Positions 9,516 to 18,360 of a stretch of DNA of 64,000 nucleotides are shown here, piece after piece. The position numbers and the translations under genes are program-made. This DNA is from Candidatus Latescibacterota bacterium (lineage in GTDB: Bacteria; Latescibacterota; UBA2968; UBA8231), in NCBI GenBank assembly GCA_965221775.1, contig CBDCSU010000004.1, positions 1,116,011 to 1,180,010 on the forward strand. Reading direction: 5' to 3'. Below the pieces are notes generated by a model that did not search any database, was not told where the DNA came from, and worked only from the letters and a program-made list of their open reading frames with translations. Every line of letters begins with the position of its first letter. Within the stretch, counting starts at the first letter, position 1.

Positions 9516-10130
9516 TCAGGCTGCGGCGATTAGACCCCCAAGCCTCTCAAACATCCGCTCGCAGTGAGCGCACCGCGTCCTCACCTTGCTGGCATCCATC
9601 CGTTTCAGAAGTTCGCTCGCATGCTGGATCTTGTGGTAGCGCCCCTTCTGCGTGTCTCTGGTCGCCCCGTCGAGAGACCGCACGATGTCGGCCTTGGGTA
9701 CGGTCTGGAGGTTCATCGCCTTCGGTAGCTGGTTCACCCGGAATCCTTGTCCGTAGTACGCCGCGAGGGCCGCCAAGTCGGCCACGATCCAGGCTTCCAT
9801 GGCCTGCACCATTAGGTGAACCCGGTCCTCCTCGGCAAAGCCCAGATCCCAATGGTCCCGGCCTTCCAGGTAGTCTCGGGGTGATTGGTCAACCGGTCCC
9901 TCGGCATCGACCAGCAGGACACTCACCGCATTGTCGCCGTTGCTGACGGCATTCCTGAACCCCCGGAATGCCTCGTCGCGGGGGCCGCAACAGACCAGCT
10001 TCCAACGCAGCGCCTTGTTTCTGGCGGCTTCCTTGAGGGACTGTAGGAAGGCGTCCATTCCCTGGCGAAGAGCCGCCCGGTTCTCCTTGCCGGTACCCCC
10101 TCCTTCCATGTAGATGGCGATACCGCTCAC
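9516..10130 (-). CDS. DUF4276 family (TOPRIM-like) protein
   Basis: IYMEGGG, LLVDAEGP, MVQAMEAW, YHKIQHA; GTGA coupling to the ATPase. Confidence 0.82.
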   Translation of the reverse strand: MSGIAIYMEGGGTGKENRAALRQGMDAFLQSLKEAARNKALRWKLVCCGPRDEAFRGFRNAVSNGDNAVSVLLVDAEGPVDQSPRDYLEGRDHWDLGFAEEDRVHLMVQAMEAWIVADLAALAAYYGQGFRVNQLPKAMNLQTVPKADIVRSLDGATRDTQKGRYHKIQHASELLKRMDASKVRTRCAHCERMFERLGGLIAAA

Positions 10131-11320
10131 GGGTTGGCGCCAAGCTCCCCCATCCGCCACAGGTCGCCGAGCCGGTATTCGTCCAGCCAGCTCGAGAGTT
10201 TCTCCGGATCGAGCCGACGCAGTTCCGTGCCCGCTCCTGGCCGCTCACATGCGACGATGGCGGCCGGATGGTCGGTCAGCGCCGACACGAGGGCGTCGGA
10301 GTGCGTCGTGACCACAAGCTGCATCCGCTTGGAAGCATCGACGAGAAGCTCGGCGAGCATGGTCACGGCGTCGGGATGCAATCCAAGCTCAGGCTCCTCC
10401 ACGCATACCAGGGGTGGCGGCGACGCAGACAGCAGGGTCGCCAACAACGCGATGAAGCGGAGGGTGCCGTCGGATAGCCGGGTTGGGGGGATCGGCGTAT
10501 GGAACCCGGATTCGTGCAGGTAGAACTGTACTGTGCCCCCCGAGATCGAGGTGGACATGCGCTCGAACCGGGGAAAGAAGCGTCTCAGATACTCGTTGAA
10601 TACCGGACCGGACTTGTGCTCGATCTGGTTGAGCACCAACGCGAGATTGCTGCAGTCGGGAAGCAGCCATTGCCCCGGAAGATCGGCGCGTTGCGGCTGT
10701 CGTATCCCGCCGTAGCGGCCGAAGGTCCATTCCCGGAAGGTCTGAATGAGGTGGAACTTCACGCCGAGCCATGTCAGTTCGGGATAGAGATCCAGGTCCT
10801 TGCGCTGCGACAGGACCGACTGTTCCAAGGTGCCTTCGTCCAACTGCAATGTGCGCTCCTGGGCCTCTTCACCGGGTGTCCTCACTCGAATCTTGACCAC
10901 CCCTTGCTCATGCTTGTAGTAGGTAAGTGGCCCGTCCCCCGGCGGAGCAGCTTCCTCGATCACCTCTTCCTGGATGTGGGCCTTTGGACCCATGATGGTA
11001 AAGGACAGACGGTACTTCAACGGCTTGCCGCTGCCATAGTCGATGCTCTCGTATGAACCTGTCTCGACTTCCAATGTCGAAACACGCGGAGACTTCCCGG
11101 CACTGCCCTTCCAGAGCCACTCCAGGGCACCGCCCCCGTCCCTGATGGCGGCAGCAAAGTCCGCCGGTGCGGCTTTCAGCAGTTCCAGCACCTCAATGAA
11201 GTTGGTCTTTCCCGACGCATTCGGACCGATGAGGACGTTCAGAGGCTGCAGTTCGAAGGACTCCATGTCCGGTGGGAACGACAACAGCCCGCCCGTGCGA
11301 AGACGCTTGATGAATTGCAT
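10127..11320 (-). CDS. ABC/AAA_21-type ATPase
   Basis: GPNASGKT, LSDGTLR, VEEPELGLHP, TTHS, LGDLWRMGELG. Confidence 0.9.
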   Translation of the reverse strand: MQFIKRLRTGGLLSFPPDMESFELQPLNVLIGPNASGKTNFIEVLELLKAAPADFAAAIRDGGGALEWLWKGSAGKSPRVSTLEVETGSYESIDYGSGKPLKYRLSFTIMGPKAHIQEEVIEEAAPPGDGPLTYYKHEQGVVKIRVRTPGEEAQERTLQLDEGTLEQSVLSQRKDLDLYPELTWLGVKFHLIQTFREWTFGRYGGIRQPQRADLPGQWLLPDCSNLALVLNQIEHKSGPVFNEYLRRFFPRFERMSTSISGGTVQFYLHESGFHTPIPPTRLSDGTLRFIALLATLLSASPPPLVCVEEPELGLHPDAVTMLAELLVDASKRMQLVVTTHSDALVSALTDHPAAIVACERPGAGTELRRLDPEKLSSWLDEYRLGDLWRMGELGANP

Positions 11321-11368
11321 GGCTATTGGCTCCTTTCCCCCTGCAGTAATCTGTCAGGCGTGCAGCGA

Positions 11369-11935
11369 CTACCGCACCACCCCGTCCACCTGCGCCAGGA
11401 TCTCCTCGACCGCCGGGCGGTCGGAGCTGCTCTCCCCCACGAACCTCCAGACGATGCGGCCTTCGGGCGTGATGATGAAGGCGGAGGGCGCGGCGACTCC
11501 GTCGTTCAGGAGGTTGAAGACGCCGTAGTCCTTGGCCACCGCGCCTCCTTCGTCCGAGAGAATGGGGAACCCGGCGCCGCTGAGCTCCGCCATGTTGCGC
11601 GCGTCCTCGATATCATCCGTGCTGATCGCCGCGAGCGAAACGTTGCGCTCCACGAAGGCGGGGTGGGACTCTGCCAGCTCACCTAGCTGGGCCTTGCAGA
11701 AGCCTCAGAAGAATCCCCGGTAGAACACCAGCACCGCCGCGGAGCGGTCCTCGAGCAGGTCGCCCAGGGAGACGGAGGTCCCGTCCGCCGCCGGCAGGGT
11801 GAAGGCGGGCGCCCGCTCGTCGACGGAAACGCCCTTGTCGGAATCCGAACCGCAGCCGGCGAGCACCGCCAGGGCCGCTGCCGCCAGGAGCGGGACCACC
11901 GCCCTCGCCCCGCTCCTGGCGAGGACGCCGGTCAT
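11369..11935 (-). CDS. Selenocysteine-containing AhpC/TSA peroxiredoxin-like lipoprotein (UGA at 11707-11705)
   Basis: Lipobox LAGC; APAFTLP..DG..VSL...VLVFYRGFF-U-GFCKAQLGEL...AISTD...FPILSD...PSAFII continuous in one frame across the TGA. Confidence 0.85.
11669..11701 (-). promoter_or_regulatory. Putative bacterial SECIS element
   Basis: mRNA after UGA: GGC UUCUGC AAGGC CCAGCU-AGGUG-AGCUGG CAGAG; 6-bp perfect upper stem, G-containing apical loop about 21 nt after UGA. Confidence 0.7.
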
Positions 11936-12759
11936 CCTCCCTGCGCCTCGTTCAGCACCTCGCGCAGGTGCCGCACGGCGAGGCGGACGCACTCCTCCCA
12001 GTCGCAGCTGTTGCGGTCGCCGATCTCGAAGACGAGACCCAGGCTGCTGTTGAACCCGACCTCCTGCAACAGGCGGACAACCCTCGGGTAGTCGATCCAC
12101 TCCTCGCGGCCGGCGTCGATCTTGTAAATCTTGGCGCGCACGTAGATCGCGTGGGGCGCCGTGGGCCGCAGGTAGTCCTCGTAGAGGTCGACGTCCGGGT
12201 CGAACTCGCCCCGCACGTGGGAGCCGATCGCCCCCTTCCACTGCCCCGTGTCCATGAGGAAGCGGAAGTTGGGACGGTCCACGTCGCCGAGGATGCGCAG
12301 GGCCTGGTGGGCGGTCATGCAGAAGCTGCTCTCGTCGTGGTTCTGCAGGGCCAGCATCAGGCCGCTCTCGGCGGCGTAGTCGGACAGCTCCTGGAAGCTG
12401 GCCACCATGGGCGCCCACAGGCGCTCCTGCTCCTCCACGCTGTCCGGCCACTTGGCGCGGGCGAAGACGCGCAGCATCTGGGCGCCGAGCTGCACCGCCG
12501 TGTCCACGTCCTGCCGGCCCTGGGCGAGGCGCTGCTCCTTCTCCTCCACGGGTCCGGCGTAGGAGCCGGAGCCGGCGTAGCCGATGGTCAGGCCCCGGCG
12601 CACGCAGTGCCAGCGGATGGCCTTGAGCCGCTCCGGGTCGCGGTCCAGGCCCGACAGGTGGATGTCGATTCCGTCGAGGCCCAGCTCGGCGGCCAGGTCC
12701 ACGGTCTCGTCGATGGGGGCTCCCGCCCCCTCGCGCGCCATCATGCTCAGTCGAATCAC
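11932..12759 (-). CDS. Sugar phosphate isomerase/epimerase (AP endonuclease 2 TIM barrel)
   Basis: LGLDGIDIH, LALQNH, MDTGQW, IDYPRVVRLLQEVGF; GTGA coupling. Confidence 0.85.
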   Translation of the reverse strand: MIRLSMMAREGAGAPIDETVDLAAELGLDGIDIHLSGLDRDPERLKAIRWHCVRRGLTIGYAGSGSYAGPVEEKEQRLAQGRQDVDTAVQLGAQMLRVFARAKWPDSVEEQERLWAPMVASFQELSDYAAESGLMLALQNHDESSFCMTAHQALRILGDVDRPNFRFLMDTGQWKGAIGSHVRGEFDPDVDLYEDYLRPTAPHAIYVRAKIYKIDAGREEWIDYPRVVRLLQEVGFNSSLGLVFEIGDRNSCDWEECVRLAVRHLREVLNEAQGG

Positions 12760-13664
12760 TCGTCCCTCTCCTTTGCGCTTTCGGGTGATATGCACTCCAC
12801 GGCCAGACGGCAGGCCTCGGCGATGACCTCGGCGCCGTCGGCCTCGTCGCGGGCGGCGGTAGCGAAGCCGGCCGCCACCAGCGGACCCGACGGCAGGAAC
12901 AGGATACCCACGTCTCCCTTGATCCGTCCGCTGGAACCGTACTTGTGGGCGATGACCACGCCGGGGTCGACGTGGCGGGGCAGCATGCGCCGGTCGCGGC
13001 CGCTCTTCAGCAGCTCCACCATCTGCGCCGAGGCCTCCGCGTCGACCACCCGGCCCTGGTGGAGGGCCTTGAGCAGACCCCCCATGTGGGCCGGGGAGGC
13101 GACGTTGTTCTCGGGCGCGTCGTGGTAGGGCCAGCTGTCGTAGTCGAGGCCCTCCTCCTGCATGCGCCGCGCCATCTCCCTGTCCGCCTCCGGACTCGGG
13201 GTCCGGTCCGCCATGTTCACCATGGCGTAGTGGTAGCGGCTCATGGTGGCGTTGGTGCGCAGGTCCCCGAAGCCGAGGCCCTCCATGGTGCGGTTCACGT
13301 TGTCGAGTCCCACCACCCCCATGAGCATGTCGGTGGCGACGTTGTCGCTGACGAAGATCATGAAGCGGCAGTAGTCGAGCAGCGTCAGCTCCGGCTCGTC
13401 CAGGGCCAGGCCCAGGCCGCCGGTGCCGTGGGTGCTGATGGGACCGGCCAGCCGGCGGCGCTCGGTCAGGGACAGCTCCCCGGCCGCGGCCTGGCGGAAC
13501 AACTCGACCATGACCGGCACCTTGCAGACGCTCGCCGTGGGGAAGCGCTGGTCGGCGTTGACCGCCGCCGCCGCGCCCGAGGCAAGGTCCTCCACGTAGA
13601 AGCCGAAGCGGCCGTCGAAGTCTGCGGCCAGGGCCTCGATCTCCCGCTGTGGGAGGGCGGTCAC
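12756..13664 (-). CDS. Class A beta-lactamase-like serine hydrolase
   Basis: FPTASVCK (SxxK), SDNVATD, AHKYGS; no signal peptide; GTGA coupling. Confidence 0.85.
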   Translation of the reverse strand: MTALPQREIEALAADFDGRFGFYVEDLASGAAAAVNADQRFPTASVCKVPVMVELFRQAAAGELSLTERRRLAGPISTHGTGGLGLALDEPELTLLDYCRFMIFVSDNVATDMLMGVVGLDNVNRTMEGLGFGDLRTNATMSRYHYAMVNMADRTPSPEADREMARRMQEEGLDYDSWPYHDAPENNVASPAHMGGLLKALHQGRVVDAEASAQMVELLKSGRDRRMLPRHVDPGVVIAHKYGSSGRIKGDVGILFLPSGPLVAAGFATAARDEADGAEVIAEACRLAVECISPESAKERDE

Positions 13665-15229
13665 GTCGACTTCGGTCCGATGCGGTCCTGCTGCAGGCCG
13701 AGGGGCCGCTCCATGTCGCGGTAGCGCATGTACAGCTCGACGCCGCTCAGGCTGCGGGTGAAGGTCGCCCGCGGCTCCAGGCGCCTCACCTCGACCTCGA
13801 CGAGGTTCTCGCCGCGGCGCACGCTGTCGGCCGGCAGCCGGAAGCGGAACCAGTGGAAGGAGCCGCCCAGGGGGACCTGCAGCTCCATGGCGCCGTAGAG
13901 GCGCACCGGGAAGAACAGGGCGCGCTCGTCGGTGATCTCGGCGTCGTCGAGATCCAGGACCTGGCCGTTGAAGCGGATCTCCACGTCGTCCTCGATGCAG
14001 AAGAACTGGAAGCGGAGGGTGAGGACCGGCTTGCGCATCTCGCCGTCGGCGCGGGCCCCGTCGACGTCGTCGGCCACGTGGACCGGCGCCCGCAGGACCG
14101 CCCCCTCCTCCAGGGTCAGGGGCAGCGCCCGGTGGGGGGTGGTGGTCTCGGCGTCGGCGGCGCCCTCCCGCGGCTGCAGGAAGTAGCGCTTGTCGCGGCG
14201 GCCCGTGGTCTCGGGGTAGGCCATCTCGCGCAGGAAGGAGTACTCCTCGTCGGCGAAGGGCCAGGGCATGTACCCGTGGTAGAGGCCGGCCCAGCCCTGG
14301 TTGACCAGGGTCTGCTGCAGGGCCCGCCACATCTCGATGTGCATGAAGGGGACGGCCTCGTGGAAGACCCGGCGCGGCGGCCGGTAGTAGGCGGCGGCGC
14401 CGGCGGCGTTGGCCGCCTCCGTCATCCACCCAGGCTTCGGCTCGGTGTCGGTGAGGATGCAGCCGTCCTGGCCGACGACATGGTCGACGCTCCCGGCCTC
14501 GAGCCAGCCGGCCACGTCGAGACCGGCTGCCCGGTTGACTTCCTCATCCAGATCGACGCGCACCATCAGGGGCAGCCGCTCGCTGCCGTCGGGTGTGGTC
14601 TCGTCCATGAGCCGGCGCAGGTCGGCGACGAAGCCGCTCATGATCTCGGCGCCGCGCTCCTCGCCGGTCTTGAAGTACTGGGTGCCGAAGAGGAAGTCGA
14701 GCTCGATGCCGTGGGGGCCGTAGTCCTCGAGGATCTCCCGCAGCAGGGCGAGCTTGTAGTCGCGCACCTCGGCGAGGGCGTAGTCGTACCCGAAGAGGTA
14801 GCGGCCCTCCTCGCCGATGCTGACCTCGGCGCCCTTCTCCCACTTCAGGCTGCCGCAGCGCTGCGCCCCGGGCGCGTGGGAGTCCTGCATCTTCAGGCTC
14901 GGGACGACGCGCACGCCCAGCTCCTTCCCGCGCTCGATGCAGGCCCGCAGCTGGTCCGTGCCCAGGCGCTGCCCTTCCTCGACCATGCGCATGATGCGCC
15001 AGTCGATGTACGACTCCCAGGTCTCCTTCCGCTGGCCCACGGAGCGGCCCACCTTGGTGTTGTGGAAGAACACGTCGCCGTAGCCGAGGCCGAGGGCGAG
15101 GGTATCGGCCCCGGTGCCGGCCAGCTCGTCCACCGGCCACTGCAGCATGTGCAGGCTCGCCGGCGGCTCGATGCGCTTGGCGTGGTAGTGGTGGGCGTCG
15201 TTGTAGTAGATCAGGCGCGGTCGGTGCAT
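13661..15229 (-). CDS. Hypothetical TIM-barrel protein, GHL10-like glycoside hydrolase fold
   Basis: RLIYYND, DYALAEVRDYKL...GIELDF; SD GGAGGGAG upstream of ATG. Confidence 0.55.
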   Translation of the reverse strand: MHRPRLIYYNDAHHYHAKRIEPPASLHMLQWPVDELAGTGADTLALGLGYGDVFFHNTKVGRSVGQRKETWESYIDWRIMRMVEEGQRLGTDQLRACIERGKELGVRVVPSLKMQDSHAPGAQRCGSLKWEKGAEVSIGEEGRYLFGYDYALAEVRDYKLALLREILEDYGPHGIELDFLFGTQYFKTGEERGAEIMSGFVADLRRLMDETTPDGSERLPLMVRVDLDEEVNRAAGLDVAGWLEAGSVDHVVGQDGCILTDTEPKPGWMTEAANAAGAAAYYRPPRRVFHEAVPFMHIEMWRALQQTLVNQGWAGLYHGYMPWPFADEEYSFLREMAYPETTGRRDKRYFLQPREGAADAETTTPHRALPLTLEEGAVLRAPVHVADDVDGARADGEMRKPVLTLRFQFFCIEDDVEIRFNGQVLDLDDAEITDERALFFPVRLYGAMELQVPLGGSFHWFRFRLPADSVRRGENLVEVEVRRLEPRATFTRSLSGVELYMRYRDMERPLGLQQDRIGPKST

Positions 15230-15305
15230 GTTGTCTCTCCCTCCGGAAGGTGCGGGTAAGTTGGGTGCCACGGCCCCGGAGAGGCAAACCCGTCCGAGGG
15301 CCGGG

Positions 15306-16349
15306 TCACCCTTGCCTTGGGTGATCCGCGGCGTGCCTCGGCGGCTCCTTGCGCATGGCGTTGCCGTCGGTGATTCCGCAGCCGGCCAGCAGGGTCCGCT
15401 GCACGGCCAGGTCGTGATCGGCCCCGTAGTCGGGGTCCTTGTCGCCGCCGATGCAGGCGGCCAGCTCGCGCAGCAGGGTGGGGTCGGTCTCGCCCCGGGC
15501 GCGGTCGGCGGTGACCCACTCACCGGCGGGGTAGCCGTCGACGGGGCTCTTCAGGAACAGGCGCAGGCCGTCCGATCCAAGGGGCTCGTGGAGGGCGGTG
15601 CCGGCCGTGCCGTGGACCTCGAGGCGGCGGTCCATGCCGATCTGCATCCCCGTGGTGTCCACCGTCCCGAGGCCATCCCGGCACTCGTGGACCACCACGG
15701 CGTTGTCGACCTCGGAGCGGTCGCCGTAGTGGCAGGCGAGGGCCGAGTGCACGCGCAGGGGCTCCCCCATCATCGTCACCATCAGGTCGAGGAGATGGCC
15801 GGCCATCTCGAAGTAGACGCCGCCGTGGTAGACGGTGAACTCCTCGGCCAGTTGCGGATGCCAGCCCATCGGCTTGGGGATGTGTCCCCGGAACTGGTAG
15901 ATCTGCCCGAGGGCGCCGGCGGCGGCCAGGCGCAGCAGCTCGCGGATGGCGGCGTTGTAGCGCCACATGTAGGCCAGGTGCAGCTGCAGGCCGCTCCGAC
16001 TCGCCAGGTCCTGGAGGCGCGAGAATTGCGCCAGGTCCACGCCCGCCGGCTTCTCCAGGAGGACGTGCTTCCCCGCCTCCAGGGCGGCCTCGGCGTAGTC
16101 GAGGTTCTGGTAGACGTGGCCCTCCACCACCACCGCCTCGGCCTCGCTCTCGAGCACGGCCTCCACCGTCGGGAAGACGGCCAGCGGCCCTCCGAGGTCC
16201 GCCCAGCGCTCCTGCCTGCGGGCGATGACCTCCTCGTCGGGGTCGTGCATGCCCAGCAGCTCGAACTCCTGCGGGCGGCGGTGGGCCTCCTCCACGTGCA
16301 TGGAGGCGTGGCTGTGCCAGGCGCCGAGCAGAGCGAACTTGAGTCTCAT
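15306..16349 (-). CDS. Gfo/Idh/MocA oxidoreductase
   Basis: AGKHVLLEKP, GGVYFEMAGH.LD. Confidence 0.88.
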   Translation of the reverse strand: MRLKFALLGAWHSHASMHVEEAHRRPQEFELLGMHDPDEEVIARRQERWADLGGPLAVFPTVEAVLESEAEAVVVEGHVYQNLDYAEAALEAGKHVLLEKPAGVDLAQFSRLQDLASRSGLQLHLAYMWRYNAAIRELLRLAAAGALGQIYQFRGHIPKPMGWHPQLAEEFTVYHGGVYFEMAGHLLDLMVTMMGEPLRVHSALACHYGDRSEVDNAVVVHECRDGLGTVDTTGMQIGMDRRLEVHGTAGTALHEPLGSDGLRLFLKSPVDGYPAGEWVTADRARGETDPTLLRELAACIGGDKDPDYGADHDLAVQRTLLAGCGITDGNAMRKEPPRHAADHPRQG

Positions 16350-16397
16350 CCTCCCTCTCCCTTATTCTCCGGCCCCCCTCGAAAAGGAGCCCTCGTG

Positions 16398-17405
16398 ATG
16401 ACGGATACACCCCTTGGCTGGGGCCTGATCGGCTGCGGCGGCGCCGGCAGCGGCCACGCCCGCGGCGCCGCGGACAACCCCGACGTGGCCGTGCGCGCCT
16501 TCTGCGACGTCGATCCCCGCTCCGCCGAGCGGCTCGCCGGGGAGCACGGGGACGCCACGCACACCACCGACCCGGAGCGGCTGCTCTCCGACCCGGGGAT
16601 CGACATCCTCTCCATCGCCACGGCCCACGACTCCCATGCCGACCTGGCGGTGGCCGCCTTCGAGGCCGGCAAGCACCTCTGGCTCGAGAAGCCGATGGCC
16701 ATGACCGTGGCCGACTGCCTGCGCATCGAGGCGGCGCGCAAGGCCGCGGACCGGCGCCTGATGCTGAACTTCTCCATCCGCTTCTCCGGCGCCGCCCGCG
16801 CCGTGCGCGAGCGCCTCGGCCGGCCCCTGGTCAGCCACGGCCAGTGCACCCAGGCGCCCGCCGACCTGACGACCTGGCGCTGGCACCCGGAGATCGGCGG
16901 CGGCCCCCTCTACGACGTCGGCGTCCACGCCCTCGACCTGCTGTGCTGGCTCCACGACGACGAGCCGGTGGAGGTCTTCGCCACCGGAGGGCAGGTCACC
17001 CACCCCGGCCAGCTCGGCAGCCCGGAGATGGTCGACACGGCGGCCGCCACCCTGCGCTTCGCCAACGGCTCGGTGGCCACCTTCCTGATGACCGACGCCG
17101 GCCGCAACGAGCTGCTGTCGAAGTGGTTCTTCGAGTTCTTCGACGGCTCCGCCACCGCCGTCCTCCACGAGCACTTCCGCACCGCCACCTTCACCGCCCC
17201 CGACCCGGATTCGGGCGAGGCCGTGAGCGAGACGGTCAAGCCCGACCCGGCGCCGCGGATCGGCGAGCTGGTGGCCGCCATCCGCTCCGGCACCGACCCG
17301 GCCATCGGCGCCCGCGAGGGCATCCGCTCCACCCTGCTGGTGGAACGCATCATCGACTCGATCCACAGCGGCCGGCCGCAGAAGGTGGAGATGCCGGCGT
17401 TCTGA
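16398..17405 (+). CDS. Gfo/Idh/MocA oxidoreductase
   Basis: GLIGCGGAG, AGKHLWLEKP, GGGPLYDVGVH. Confidence 0.9.
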   Translation: MTDTPLGWGLIGCGGAGSGHARGAADNPDVAVRAFCDVDPRSAERLAGEHGDATHTTDPERLLSDPGIDILSIATAHDSHADLAVAAFEAGKHLWLEKPMAMTVADCLRIEAARKAADRRLMLNFSIRFSGAARAVRERLGRPLVSHGQCTQAPADLTTWRWHPEIGGGPLYDVGVHALDLLCWLHDDEPVEVFATGGQVTHPGQLGSPEMVDTAAATLRFANGSVATFLMTDAGRNELLSKWFFEFFDGSATAVLHEHFRTATFTAPDPDSGEAVSETVKPDPAPRIGELVAAIRSGTDPAIGAREGIRSTLLVERIIDSIHSGRPQKVEMPAF

Positions 17406-18249
17406 CATCGGCCCTCGGCGTCGCCAGGCTCCGGTGCCTCTGCTCCCAGCTCCAGCGGCGGCTGCCCGACAGCAGCGGCCGGTGCTCCTCCGGCGCGGCG
17501 GCCACGAAGGCGGCGCCGGGCTCCTGTCCGTTCCAGGCCTGGAACATGGTCGGCGTGTACCCGCCGATGACGATGACGCGCTCCCGGTCCGAGCGGATGT
17601 GCCCCGTGGCGTGGACCAGGGACTCGCCGAAGAGCAGGGTCGAGCCCGCCGGCGCGACGACCTGGTGGATGAGCGACGGGTCCTCGTACGCGCAGGCGAT
17701 GATCTCGTCGCGCGGCGCCTTGATCTTGTGGCTGCCGGCGATGCAGACCGTGCCGCCGTCGTCGGGACCGAGGTCGGTGAGGTTGGTCAGGGTCTTGACG
17801 AAGGTGCAGTGGAACAGGCCGTTCTCGGTGTAGGTCCCCAGGTCGGGGCGGGTGCCGGTGTGGAAGCCGTAGCGGTCCCCGGGCCGCGGCGGGTTGTCCG
17901 GGTCGCGCTCGTTGACGACCGCCTCCGACTCCTCGAGCCGCACCTCGCCCCCCACCAGCTCCTCGGCCATGCCCACCAGCCGCGGGTGGGTGAGGTAGTC
18001 GTAGATCGCCGGGTCGGCTTCGAGGATGTGGGCGAAGTGGCGGTGATGGGGCCGGTCGGCGCTCAGCCGGCAGCCGCGCACGACGGCGCCCTCCCCCGCC
18101 GCCGCGAGATCGGCCTTGAGCCGCTGCATCGCCTCCAGCAGGCGGCCGGTCTCGTCCCCGGTGAGGGTGCCGGGGACGACGACGTAGCCGAAGACATCCA
18201 GGTGGTAGCGCTCGGCGGGGGTCAGGGCGGGGAAGGGGCGTTCGAACAT
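17350..18249 (-). CDS. Phytanoyl-CoA dioxygenase (PhyH) family
   Basis: GYVVVPG.L, DGGTVCIAGSH, PAGSTLLF.E...HA. Confidence 0.85.
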   Translation of the reverse strand: MFERPFPALTPAERYHLDVFGYVVVPGTLTGDETGRLLEAMQRLKADLAAAGEGAVVRGCRLSADRPHHRHFAHILEADPAIYDYLTHPRLVGMAEELVGGEVRLEESEAVVNERDPDNPPRPGDRYGFHTGTRPDLGTYTENGLFHCTFVKTLTNLTDLGPDDGGTVCIAGSHKIKAPRDEIIACAYEDPSLIHQVVAPAGSTLLFGESLVHATGHIRSDRERVIVIGGYTPTMFQAWNGQEPGAAFVAAAPEEHRPLLSGSRRWSWEQRHRSLATPRADVRTPASPPSAAGRCGSSR

Positions 18250-18360
18250 GGCGGTGCAAGATACCGCCCGGTCGGGAGGCTCTCCAAACCAGCGCCCGAG
18301 GACTCACCCCATGTGTCCGTTGACCCCGGGCGGCGCCGCTGCCGACCTTAGCCGCGAGCC

